From Dehalococcoidia bacterium (lineage in GTDB: Bacteria; Chloroflexota; Dehalococcoidia; Lucifugimonadales; CATOSD01), in NCBI GenBank assembly GCA_034422735.1, contig DAOUJL010000051.1, forward strand, positions 23,596 to 87,595: a stretch of 64,000 nucleotides of DNA, given 5' to 3'. Below, piece by piece: positions 9,675 through 18,570 of the stretch (position 1 is the stretch's first letter; each line of letters starts with the position of its first letter). The notes under the pieces were generated by a model. That model was not told the origin of the DNA. It worked only from the letters and a program-made list of their open reading frames with translations, and did no database searches. The position numbers and the translations under genes are program-made.

Positions 9675-11769
9675 CCAACTGGTCCCTCAGCCCACCCAGG
9701 ACGCGCTCGGCCTCAGGGTTCGCTTCAAAGAACCCGTTGAGGAGTTCGGCACCCGCGCCGTGGTCGCCCTCTAGGGATAGCTGCCTGGCCCGTAGCTGGA
9801 ACACTTCCCATCTTCCCGGCGCAATCTCCGTCGCCTGGTCGGTGAACGCCCTGGCAAGGGCGAGGTACCGCTCATCCTGCGACGATGCCGACTGGTACAC
9901 TAGTCCGAGCGCGACAACGATGTGCCAGTTCTCCGGCTCCACCTCCAGCGCCTCCTCGGCCTCGCTGTCAGTGGTAAACATCACGCCCACCGCCCGCTCG
10001 GGCGGCAGCAGGGGCACCTCCCTGGCCACGATTTCGAACAGGTCGCGGCGCGGATAGTTGCCGAGACCGGGGAACAGGTCCGCGGACTCGGACAGGCCGT
10101 CTATGCGCTCTTCAAGCTCGATCGAGGCGACTCTGACGTCGCGGTAGTTCTGCGCGGCGACCCAGACGCGGACGTTCACGAACAGGATGGCCGCCACGAC
10201 CAGGGCCGCAATGGACACCGACCCGTAGAGGAATCGGGCGTCACGCGCGAGCGCGGGCACCGAGTCCATGCGTCTCGCCAGGCGGCGGAGCATCGTGTCT
10301 CGCAGGGCGTTGTCCGAGGGCGACGCCTCTCGTGCGTGTGCCTCAGTCTCCATCCACGCGACGAACGCGGCCAGCATGACGAACTGAAGCAGCATCGTCG
10401 CCGTGTCGAACAGGAAGAGGTTTTGTACGAAGTAGCCCAACAGCGAGGCGCCGATGACGAGCGTGAACATCTGATCGGCGGCGTCCTCCCGGCGCGCGCG
10501 GTTCAACACGGCCCAGAACATCAACACCCAGATGGCCATGTAGCTCAGAAAGCCCAGTGCGCCCTTTGTGGCCAGTTCCTCGATCGGTTTGCTGTGGGCC
10601 TGGTCGAATTTTTCCAGGGACGGGTTGGTCTCCGAGACGTACCGCCCAAAGGGGACATGGTAGTTCTCCGGCCCCCAGCCGAGTATTGGCCTCGCGGCGA
10701 AGGCGCTGAGGCCGGCGGCTACGGAATGAATGCGCCCCTGGATAGAATGGTCTTCGAAACCGGCGCTCGCCAGCCTCTGCAGCATCACGTTCGACTCGGA
10801 AATCGGCTCGAACGCGGGGGCGTTTCTGATTGCCAGGAAGGCCACACCTCCCGCGACCAGAACCGCGACGATTACGGTGGCCGCGATTCTGAGCGGTCTC
10901 AGCTTTCCGATGAAAATGTAGCAGACGCCCAGAGCGAGTAGAGCCGCGGCGACGCCGACTACCACGCCGCGCGTTCCGCTGTAGATCATCACCCAGAGAT
11001 TGAGCGAGGCGGTGGCGGCCCAGAAGAGCCTCCATCCCCATAGCGATAGGTCGAGTTCTTCCTCGGCCGCGCGTCGCTGGGCGCGTCGCCGGGCTGCCGC
11101 TCGGCGACGGCGCGGCTGCACTGCGGGCGGTTCGGCGCGGTCGTCACGCTGGATGAACGACTGCGCCAGGAAGCCGAGCGCCAGCAGGACGTTCACGAGC
11201 ATGTACGCGCCAACGTAGGTCGCGTTGCCCAGCGTCAACTCGAGCCGGGTGTTCTGCTCAAAGAAATCAAAGGGTGGCACCTGCACGCCTATCAGCTTGC
11301 CCGCGCCGAGGAGCGCCAGAAAGAGGCTCACCGCCAGGTTGACGTTCAGGAGCATTCGCCAGTTGGCGGCGGTGCGCAGGGTGGAAACGAGGACGACCGC
11401 GAAGGCCAGCCAGTGGGCCAGATCGACGATGCCCTGCATCCGCTCGTAGGTAGACCAGATGCTGCGAAGGAGGCTGACGCCGAACAGACCCGCCAGCAGA
11501 GCGACGGCCAGATAGAGCGCAAACGCCTGAATGATCCGCGACCCCGGCAGCCGGTACTCGGGGCGCATCCAGGCAAGAAGGATCCAGGCGCCGAACGCCA
11601 CCTCGATTAGAATGTGGGAATAGACTGCCTTGCCAACGATGAACGGGAAGATGGAGCTGAAGGTGACGACCAGAGGCGTCAAGAAAGTAAGGCCGGCGGC
11701 GGCGAATACGACTATCAGCAAGCTCTGCTTCAGCACGTCGTCGGACTGTTCGCTCGCCCGTGTCGTCAT
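9655..11769 (-). CDS. O-antigen ligase/polymerase (Wzy_C)-like polytopic membrane protein with C-terminal TPR-like domain
   Basis: ORF 9655..11811(-) trimmed to ATG 11769 because the TTG at 11811 overlaps the predicted -10 box. More than 10 TM segments, a YSGTRG motif region and a soluble helical C-terminus. Confidence 0.7.
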   Translation of the reverse strand: MTTRASEQSDDVLKQSLLIVVFAAAGLTFLTPLVVTFSSIFPFIVGKAVYSHILIEVAFGAWILLAWMRPEYRLPGSRIIQAFALYLAVALLAGLFGVSLLRSIWSTYERMQGIVDLAHWLAFAVVLVSTLRTAANWRMLLNVNLAVSLFLALLGAGKLIGVQVPPFDFFEQNTRLELTLGNATYVGAYMLVNVLLALGFLAQSFIQRDDRAEPPAVQPRRRRAAARRRAQRRAAEEELDLSLWGWRLFWAATASLNLWVMIYSGTRGVVVGVAAALLALGVCYIFIGKLRPLRIAATVIVAVLVAGGVAFLAIRNAPAFEPISESNVMLQRLASAGFEDHSIQGRIHSVAAGLSAFAARPILGWGPENYHVPFGRYVSETNPSLEKFDQAHSKPIEELATKGALGFLSYMAIWVLMFWAVLNRARREDAADQMFTLVIGASLLGYFVQNLFLFDTATMLLQFVMLAAFVAWMETEAHAREASPSDNALRDTMLRRLARRMDSVPALARDARFLYGSVSIAALVVAAILFVNVRVWVAAQNYRDVRVASIELEERIDGLSESADLFPGLGNYPRRDLFEIVAREVPLLPPERAVGVMFTTDSEAEEALEVEPENWHIVVALGLVYQSASSQDERYLALARAFTDQATEIAPGRWEVFQLRARQLSLEGDHGAGAELLNGFFEANPEAERVLGGLRDQLVNASQQ

Positions 11770-11810
11770 CCGTATACCCCCGTCGGTCTGCGCTTCAAGG
11801 TGCCCGCGCA

Positions 11811-11840
11811 ATTATAGGTTTGCTGGCGCATGCCAGTCAA
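11811..11840 (-). promoter_or_regulatory. Sigma70-like promoter for the Wzy_C-like gene
   Basis: On the minus strand: TTGACT (11835-11840), 18-nt spacer, TATAAT (11811-11816). Confidence 0.5.
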
Positions 11841-11990
11841 TTTGGGCGCGACCTCGTTCCGGACCGGGCGGTTAGAGGATGAACCCTGATTGTGTTACCA
11901 TATGGGCGACTCGTAACACTCGCACAGACGTCGCTCGGAAAGCAACCTTCGCCCGCGGCGGCGGGCAAGCGTCACCGCAAAGGAGGCATC

Positions 11991-13145
11991 GTGAAACTTA
12001 CCATTTCCTGTATCAAGGCTGACGTGGGGTCCATCGGCGGTCACACCAAGCCGTCGGAGAGGATGATGGACGCCGTAAGGGGCGAGGTCGCGAGGGCCAT
12101 CGACGAAGGGCTGATCATCGACGGCTGGACGTCGTACACCGGTGACGACATTGCGATTCTGATGTCGCACACACGGGGCGAAAACGACGAGGACGTGCAC
12201 CAGTTTGCATGGGACACGTTCATCAAGGCGACCGAGATCGCCAGGGAGTACGGACTGTACGGCGCGGGCCAGGACCTGCTGGTGGACGCGCCCTCCGGCA
12301 ACGTGAGAGGCGCTGGCCCAGCGGTGGCGGAGATCGAGATGGACCACACGCTGGAAGCCCCCAGGCCGGCGGAGTCGATCATGCTGTTCGCGGCCGACAA
12401 GTGCGGTCCGGGCGCTTACAATCTGCCCATCTTCCTGGGCTTTGCCGATCCGATGTACTGCGGCGGGCTGATGTTGCCGCAGATGATCAAGGGCTTCACC
12501 TTTCACATCATCGACATGGATAACACGGGCGGCGACAGCATCATCGAACTGAACGCGCCGGAAGACTACTACCAGATCACCGCCCTGCTTCGGGACAACG
12601 AGCGCTTCGGTATCGACGGCATCTACTCCCGGACCAACGGGCAGCGAGCCGTGTCCGTGTCGGCGCAGCGCCTGCACTCGATCGCCGGAGTCTACACCGG
12701 GAAGGACGACCCGATAGCACTGGTGCGCAACCAGGGTATCTTCCCCGCGCCGGAGGAGATCATATCGACTTTCACCAAGGCCCACTTCGTCGGCGGCGAC
12801 GCGCGCGGCTCCCACGTCATGCCCATCATGCCAGTGGCGCTGAACACGCCCGTGACCGGGCCGTACTGCCTGCCGCTGGTATCCGCTGCCGGATTCTCCG
12901 TCAACCGCGACGGCATGTTCTCGGACTCGCACATCGATTTCTTCGACAACCCGGTGTGGGACGAGGTGCGCGCGCACGCACAGCGCAAGGGCATCGACAT
13001 GCGCTCCCAGGGCTGGTCGGGCGCGGCCATGCTGCCCTACAGCGAGCTCGAATACGGAGGCTTCCGCGACACCGTGACCGGGCTGGTGGACAGGTTCTCG
13101 TTCAAGAACGGCGCGCACGCCGGCGTTCCCGCCGACGACAACTAG
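11991..13145 (+). CDS. fbp: Fructose-1,6-bisphosphate aldolase/phosphatase (class V FBPase, archaeal type)
   Basis: ORF 11892.. trimmed to GTG 11991 (AGGAGG at 11981-11986). VKLTISCIKADVGSIGGH..., GQDLLVD..SGNVRGAGPAVAE and GKDDPIALVR are collinear with the archaeal bifunctional FBP aldolase/phosphatase family. Confidence 0.93.
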   Translation: MKLTISCIKADVGSIGGHTKPSERMMDAVRGEVARAIDEGLIIDGWTSYTGDDIAILMSHTRGENDEDVHQFAWDTFIKATEIAREYGLYGAGQDLLVDAPSGNVRGAGPAVAEIEMDHTLEAPRPAESIMLFAADKCGPGAYNLPIFLGFADPMYCGGLMLPQMIKGFTFHIIDMDNTGGDSIIELNAPEDYYQITALLRDNERFGIDGIYSRTNGQRAVSVSAQRLHSIAGVYTGKDDPIALVRNQGIFPAPEEIISTFTKAHFVGGDARGSHVMPIMPVALNTPVTGPYCLPLVSAAGFSVNRDGMFSDSHIDFFDNPVWDEVRAHAQRKGIDMRSQGWSGAAMLPYSELEYGGFRDTVTGLVDRFSFKNGAHAGVPADDN

Positions 13146-13189
13146 CGCGGTTCGCGAATCCGAACCCGCTCCTGAGACCTGGCGCCGAC

Positions 13190-13798
13190 GTGACACTGGA
13201 AAAACTCCTGATCGCCACCAGGAACCCCGGCAAGCTGCGCGAGCTGGCGGTCCTACTGTCCGACGCGCCGGCCGAGCTGGTCTCGCTGGCGGACGTGGGC
13301 ATCGACTTGGACGTCGAGGAGACAGGGACGACGTTCGAGGCCAATGCCGCGCTCAAGGCGCGCTCCTATTGTGCCCTCAGCGGCCTGCCCACGCTCGCCG
13401 ACGACTCGGGGCTTGAGGTGGACGCGCTGGGTGGGGAGCCGGGGGTCTATTCGGCCCGGTACGCCGGTGAGGGCGCCAGCGACGAGCAACGCGTCGCCCG
13501 GTTGTACGAGCGCCTAGAGGGCATTTCGGCGAGCGAATGGGATGCGCGCTTCAGGTGCGTGATAGCCATTGTGCGGCCCGACACTCCCGACTCCGAGATC
13601 GAGTTCTTCGAGGGCGTGTGCGAGGGTCGTATCGTTAGGCCGCCCAGGGGCGACAACGGGTTTGGATACGATCCGGCTTTCCTGTTTCCCTCTCTCGGCA
13701 GGACGATGGCGGAACTGACCACTTCAGAGAAGAACAGACTGAGCCACCGGGCGATGGCGGCGAGCAAGGCAGTAGCGGCGTTGAAGGCGGGCGTGTAG
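13190..13798 (+). CDS. rdgB: Non-canonical purine NTP pyrophosphatase (RdgB/HAM1 family)
   Basis: ORF 12956.. trimmed to GTG 13190. LLIATRNPGKLRE..., DDSGLEVDALGGEPGVYSARY and FGYDPAF...KNRLSHR are family signatures. Confidence 0.93.
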   Translation: MTLEKLLIATRNPGKLRELAVLLSDAPAELVSLADVGIDLDVEETGTTFEANAALKARSYCALSGLPTLADDSGLEVDALGGEPGVYSARYAGEGASDEQRVARLYERLEGISASEWDARFRCVIAIVRPDTPDSEIEFFEGVCEGRIVRPPRGDNGFGYDPAFLFPSLGRTMAELTTSEKNRLSHRAMAASKAVAALKAGV

Positions 13799-13828
13799 GC
13801 GGAACTTAGCGCAGAAGGACACGTAATC

Positions 13829-14680
13829 ATGCTGGCAGACTTCTTCGGAAACCTGGAGCGGCTGGCCGCCGATCTCTATCCGTACCGCTTCCCGATAGGC
13901 GTGATCATCCTGATAATCGTCGCGGCGGTGGTCTACTACGCCTACCTCAGGGGACTTCACCTGTGGGCGTGGCAACGGCGACTGTGGGTGACGATCATCG
14001 GCATACCAGTGCTGGTGGTGCTGGGGATCGTGGCGTGGGACCTTGGGTCGCCGCTGTTCGTCAACGTCACAGTGGAGGAGGAGTTCCCGTTCGCCTATGC
14101 GGCGGAAGTGCCGGATGACATGACCATGGAAGAGATCGAGATGGTGATGTCGACCGTTGCGAAGATGGACAGGATGCCGGTTGCCGAGCCAATGCCGGAG
14201 ATGCTGGGCGGAGCGTCCACGTTCCAAGGCAGCTTCACGCCGGCGTCGCAGTTGACGCCTACGGCGGTTCCGCAAGCGGCCGCCACGCCGGAACCGGCGG
14301 CGCAGCCGGACGCCGCCGCTCCTCAGCCAACAAGGCTAAAGTCGGGCGAGTTCCGCGACGCCGACGCCCTGCACAAGGGCAGCGGCCAGGCGCTGATTTA
14401 CGACCTGCCGGGAGCGAACAAGCTGCTGCGGCTGGAGGACTTCAAGGTCACGAACGGGCCGGAGCTTCACGTGCTGCTGTCCCAGGACCCGGACCCCATG
14501 AGGCACTCGGACCTGGAGGCGGCAGGCTTTGTGGATCTGGGCCTGCTGAAGGGCAACATCGGCAACCAGAACTACGAGATTCCCGACGACGTGGACGTGT
14601 CCGCGCAGCAGAGCGTGGTGATCTACTGCTACCCGTTCCGGGTGGTGTTCAGCGTGGCGACGCTGGCGGACGCGAACTGA
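13829..14680 (+). CDS. Membrane-anchored DM13 domain protein
   Basis: 283 aa with two N-terminal TM helices, a Pro/Ala-rich linker and a C-terminal DM13-like domain (GEFRDADALHKGSGQALIY...FKVTNGPELHVLLS...). Confidence 0.7.
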   Translation: MLADFFGNLERLAADLYPYRFPIGVIILIIVAAVVYYAYLRGLHLWAWQRRLWVTIIGIPVLVVLGIVAWDLGSPLFVNVTVEEEFPFAYAAEVPDDMTMEEIEMVMSTVAKMDRMPVAEPMPEMLGGASTFQGSFTPASQLTPTAVPQAAATPEPAAQPDAAAPQPTRLKSGEFRDADALHKGSGQALIYDLPGANKLLRLEDFKVTNGPELHVLLSQDPDPMRHSDLEAAGFVDLGLLKGNIGNQNYEIPDDVDVSAQQSVVIYCYPFRVVFSVATLADAN

Positions 14681-14698
14681 CCGTATGGAGACGCGCGC

Positions 14699-15871
14699 AT
14701 GAAGATAACCAACGTCGAGACGTTCATCGTCGACGCCGGCTGGCGGCCCTGGACGTTCGTCAAGGTGGAGACCGACGAGGGCATCACCGGCTGGGGCGAG
14801 TGCAGCGACGGGCGGACGCCCAGGGGCGTTTGCGGCACCATCGAGGACTTCAAGCCGGTGCTCATCGGCAGCGACCCGAGGGCGTTCGAGATGCGCTTCT
14901 GGGACATGTACCGCGTCTCGCGGCAGAGTCCCGGCGGTATCGCGTCCAAGGCCATCGCCGGGGTCGAACTGGCGCTCATCGACATCAAGGCCAAGGCGCT
15001 GGGCATTTCGGTGGTGGAGCTGTTCGGCGGCCCGACGCGCGACAGCGTGCGGGTGTACTGGTCGCACTGCGGCACGTCTCGAATCCGCAACCACGAGCTG
15101 ATTGGCGTGCCGCCGCTCACCAGCATGGCGAGCGTGACCGAGCTGGGAAGGGAGGTCGTGGAGAGGGGATTCACGGCGCTGAAGACGAACATACTTGTGC
15201 CGGGCGATGACCCCTACGTTCACGGGCCGGGATTTGCCAGCGGCCAGGGATCGACGGACCAGATAGTCAGCATCGAGCTACTGTCGCACATCGAGGAGCT
15301 GATCGGCACGTTCAGGGACGCGGTCGGGCCGAACGTGGACATCAACCTCGATCTCAACTTCAACTTCAAGCCAGAGGCGTCCATGCGCATCGCGAAGGTG
15401 CTGGAGCAGTTCAACATGCTCTGGCTCGAGATTGACATGTACGACCCGCAGGCCATCCTGCAGATCAAGCAGTCCACGTCGACCAGGATATGCACAGGCG
15501 AGAACCTGTATTACATGCGCGAGTACCTACCCTACTTTCAGCTACACGCGGCGGACATCTTCATGATCGACGTGCCGTGGAACGGGTTCAGCCAGTCCAA
15601 GAAGGTGGGCGACCTGGCGGAGGTGTTCCAGCTCAACGCCGCGCCGCACAACTACTACAGCCACCTGTCTTCGTTCATGAGCGCGAGCCTATGCGCGGTG
15701 CTTCCGAACGTGCGCATCATGGAGATCGACATCGACGACGTGCCGTGGAAGGACGAGCTCACGACCACGACGCCCGATATCGCCGACGGCTACATGACGG
15801 TGCCGACCGCCCCGGGCTGGGGCGCGGATATCGTCGAGGAGGTGGCGCTGGCGCACCCCTGGACGCGCTAG
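14699..15871 (+). CDS. Enolase-superfamily enzyme (mandelate racemase/muconate lactonizing family, acid-sugar dehydratase-like)
   Basis: 390 aa. MKITNVETFIV...WTFVKVETDEGITGWGE, then a TIM-barrel region with metal-ligand-like D/E/E spacing. Confidence 0.88.
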   Translation: MKITNVETFIVDAGWRPWTFVKVETDEGITGWGECSDGRTPRGVCGTIEDFKPVLIGSDPRAFEMRFWDMYRVSRQSPGGIASKAIAGVELALIDIKAKALGISVVELFGGPTRDSVRVYWSHCGTSRIRNHELIGVPPLTSMASVTELGREVVERGFTALKTNILVPGDDPYVHGPGFASGQGSTDQIVSIELLSHIEELIGTFRDAVGPNVDINLDLNFNFKPEASMRIAKVLEQFNMLWLEIDMYDPQAILQIKQSTSTRICTGENLYYMREYLPYFQLHAADIFMIDVPWNGFSQSKKVGDLAEVFQLNAAPHNYYSHLSSFMSASLCAVLPNVRIMEIDIDDVPWKDELTTTTPDIADGYMTVPTAPGWGADIVEEVALAHPWTR

Positions 15872-15941
15872 CAGCCCCCAGGGGCGGATGCCAGGGGCCG
15901 GCGCCGGCTGGGCGCGGCCGGTGCGGCAGACTGCGGAGAGT

Positions 15942-17315
15942 CTACGAGGCGCCTATCTCGCTTTCGACTTCGCCGATGGCCCGGTCGAGTCCTGCAACTA
16001 TCTGGTCGACTTCTTCGTGGGTAATGCAGAGCGGCGGCCCCAGGCCAACGGTCTGGCCGGCGCAGCGCAGGATGAGTCCTTCGTTGTGGAACTTCTCGGT
16101 AAGGCGGTCTCCCAGCTTCAGGTCGCTGGGGAAGTAGGTCTTGGCGTCGCGGTCGCTGACGAACTCGATGCCGAGCAGCAGACCGATGCCGCGGACGTCG
16201 CCGATGATCGGGTGGTCCTCTTTCAACTCTCTCAGCTGCTCCAGGAAGTAGGCTCCCACGTTGGCTGAGTTTTGCACCATGCCCTCGTCTTCGATTATCT
16301 CGATGTTCTTCAGCGCGGCAGCGGCGGACACGGGATGGCCGCCAAAGGTGAGGGCCTGCCGGAAGATGTTGTCCTCGCCGGCGAAAGAGTCCGCAACCTC
16401 GCTGGAAACTATGGTCGCGGCAAGGGGCAGGTAGCTGCTGATAACGCCTTTGGCGACGGTCATGATGTCCGGGACGACGTCCCAGTGTTCGACAGCGAAC
16501 ATTTTGCCGGTGCGCCCGAAGCCGCAGATCACCTCGTCCGCTATCAGCAGGACGCCGTAGCGGTTGCAGATTTCCCTCAGCATGGGCCAGTACTCGTCGC
16601 CGGGCACGGCGGCGGCGGAGGCCGCGGAAACCGGCTCGGCGATGACAGCGGCGACTGTCGACGGGCCGTGGAATAGAATCAGGTCCTCGATGGCTTGGGC
16701 GCAGCGGACCGCGCACTCCGACGGGGATGCGCCCCCCAGCTCGCAGCGGTACGGCAGAGGCTGCGGGGCGTGGACCATGCCCGGGTAGGCCGGCTCGAAG
16801 TCCTCCCGGACGGCCGTGCCGGCACCGCCCAACCACAGGACGCCTCCGGTCATGCCGTGATACGAACCCCTCCTGCTGATCACCTTGTACCGGCCGGTCT
16901 CTCCCCGGCGCTTGTGGTAGCTGCGGGCGATCTTGAGCGCGGTCTCGTTGGCCTCGGAACCGCCGCTCACCGGCCAGGTGCGCTCCAGGCTTCCCGGCGC
17001 GATCTGCGCCAGTTTCTCGGCGAACATCACGGTGGGAGCGGTGGTAGTGCCTTGGGGAAAGTAGGGGAGCTTCAGCATCTGCTCGTAGGCGGCGTCGGCG
17101 ATCTCGGTGCGTCCGTAGCCCGCGTTAACGGAGTTGTAGCCACCGTTGACGTCGATCCAGGATTTGCCGTCGGAGTCGGTGACCCTCACGCCCGCGCCAC
17201 CGACCATGATGCGCGGCTCGCCGTCCTCCGCCATCTGCGTCCAGTCGCGGTTGTGCATCCACAGGTACTTCAGGGAGCTTCTGCGAAGGGCTTCGCTGTC
17301 GGAAATCGTAACCAT
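15942..17315 (-). CDS. Class III (omega-type) aminotransferase
   Basis: ORF 15942..17543(-) trimmed to ATG 17315 (AGGAGGAC upstream). Contains the pyridoxal-lysine region ...VPDIMTVAKGV... and LIADEVICGFGRTG. Confidence 0.9.
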   Translation of the reverse strand: MVTISDSEALRRSSLKYLWMHNRDWTQMAEDGEPRIMVGGAGVRVTDSDGKSWIDVNGGYNSVNAGYGRTEIADAAYEQMLKLPYFPQGTTTAPTVMFAEKLAQIAPGSLERTWPVSGGSEANETALKIARSYHKRRGETGRYKVISRRGSYHGMTGGVLWLGGAGTAVREDFEPAYPGMVHAPQPLPYRCELGGASPSECAVRCAQAIEDLILFHGPSTVAAVIAEPVSAASAAAVPGDEYWPMLREICNRYGVLLIADEVICGFGRTGKMFAVEHWDVVPDIMTVAKGVISSYLPLAATIVSSEVADSFAGEDNIFRQALTFGGHPVSAAAALKNIEIIEDEGMVQNSANVGAYFLEQLRELKEDHPIIGDVRGIGLLLGIEFVSDRDAKTYFPSDLKLGDRLTEKFHNEGLILRCAGQTVGLGPPLCITHEEVDQIVAGLDRAIGEVESEIGAS

Positions 17316-17407
17316 TGCAAGTCCTCCTGACTGGCCACAGAAAGCAACGAGGGCAGCCCAAGACGGGCAACCCTCGCGCCGATTGCTCTGTTGTCGCTGA
17401 TTTGCAG

Positions 17408-18418
17408 CTATATGTTGAACTGCGGGTCCCGGTAATCGGTGAGCTTGTTGTAGATCTGTATGCGGTGGCGCTGGGAGTCGACGACCATCAGCCTGGACTT
17501 CTCGTCGTCGAAGATGACCGCCATGGGCAGCGCGAACCGCCACTCAGGCTCCAGGCTGTAGACGCGCCGGCGCGCCTTGTACACGTCCGGGTTGCCGGCC
17601 ACGTACTGGCGCTGCCACTTGGACAGCTCCTGGGCGTCGCCCGCGAAGATCGTGATGGGCGCGCCCTCGCTGTCGAAGCAGCCAACGCGGTTGTTGACCC
17701 AGTCGCACACGTAGATGTCACCTTGTGGGTCCACCGCGACGTCCGATGGGTGATCGAACTGGTCCTCGCCGGTTCCCTGGCTGCCGATCGAGAACAGGAA
17801 TCCGCCGTCGGAGTCGAACTTCTGCATCCGGTGGTTCCTGTGGTCCGCCACGTAGACTGCGCCGGAGCCGTCGGTGGTGACGCCCCAGGGCGAGTCGAAC
17901 TCGCCCGGACCGTCGCCCTTGCATCCCCAGGTGGCGATGCTCTCGCCGTCGGGCGTCAGCTTCTGGACGCGGTGGTTGAGGGTGTCCGAGACGATGACGT
18001 TGTCGTCGCCGTCGACGGCGATGCCGGATGGGCGGTCGAACTGGCCCTCCCCGGACCCCTGCTCGCCGAACGTGCGGACGAAGTTGCCTTCCCGGTCGAA
18101 CACGGTGACGCGGTTGAGCCACTCGTCGGTCACGTAGATGTTGCCGTTGCTGTCGATGGCGGCAGCGGTGGGCCAGACGAACTCGCCCTGGCCGGCGCCG
18201 GATTTGCCAATCTGACCGACTATCTCCTCGTCGCCGGGAACCGGCCCGATTGTGAGCTTCATCAGGTTTCCGCCGTTGCGCCTGCGCATGACGAGGTAAA
18301 CGTCATCGCCGTCGCCCAGCGCGAGCTGGACGATTCCGGTGAGCTGGCGGCCGCCCACGACGTGGCTGAAGTCGTAGACGCGGTTGGATACGATTCTGGT
18401 TAGCATGTTGGTTGTCAT
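17408..18418 (-). CDS. NHL-repeat (six-bladed beta-propeller) protein, no signal peptide
   Basis: 336 aa with repeated G.G.GQF..P.G.AVD..G..YV.D..N.R.Q.F units (at least 5 copies readable). Confidence 0.85.
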   Translation of the reverse strand: MTTNMLTRIVSNRVYDFSHVVGGRQLTGIVQLALGDGDDVYLVMRRRNGGNLMKLTIGPVPGDEEIVGQIGKSGAGQGEFVWPTAAAIDSNGNIYVTDEWLNRVTVFDREGNFVRTFGEQGSGEGQFDRPSGIAVDGDDNVIVSDTLNHRVQKLTPDGESIATWGCKGDGPGEFDSPWGVTTDGSGAVYVADHRNHRMQKFDSDGGFLFSIGSQGTGEDQFDHPSDVAVDPQGDIYVCDWVNNRVGCFDSEGAPITIFAGDAQELSKWQRQYVAGNPDVYKARRRVYSLEPEWRFALPMAVIFDDEKSRLMVVDSQRHRIQIYNKLTDYRDPQFNI

Positions 18419-18423
18419 CAGTA

Positions 18424-18562
18424 CACCCTCACCCTAACCCTCTCCCTCGAGGGAGAGGGACGCGGGTTGGTTTCTTTTCACCCCCATCCTGACCTTCCCC
18501 CATCAAGGGGGAAGGGACTCTGAGATGCCTCCCCCATCGAGGGGAAGGGACTCCGGGATGGG
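18424..18562. repeat. Cluster of three short palindromic (REP-like) repeats
   Basis: Three units: CACCCTCACCCTAACCCTCTCCC-TCGA-GGGAGAGGG (18424-18461); CCCCCATCCTGACCTTCCCCC-ATCAA-GGGGGAAGGGAC (18481-18518); a degenerate third unit (18528-18562). They fill the gap between the DUF1501 stop and the NHL gene start. Confidence 0.85.
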
Positions 18563-18570
18563 TTCTTCGA

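Noticed and set aside
11892-11990. N-terminal extensions of track ORFs: 11892 (fbp), 12956 (rdgB), 17543 (aminotransferase), 30882 (higA), 31870 (ACAD), 35950 (S58), 40063 (nfo), 45093 (secD), 47840 (epimerase), 51416 (MBL), 53242 (EF-G2), 1058 (permease) and 11811 (Wzy_C-like).
   Set aside because: The extensions overlap upstream genes, promoters or repeat elements and are compositionally shadow-like. In each case an internal ATG, GTG or TTG preceded by a GGAGG-type RBS coincides with the conserved family N-terminus.
15872-15941. GC-rich palindromes such as GCCGGCGCCGGC between the convergent enolase-family and aminotransferase genes, considered as a terminator.
   Set aside because: The stems are short and purely compositional, without flanking U or A tracts. 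This is not distinguishable from background.
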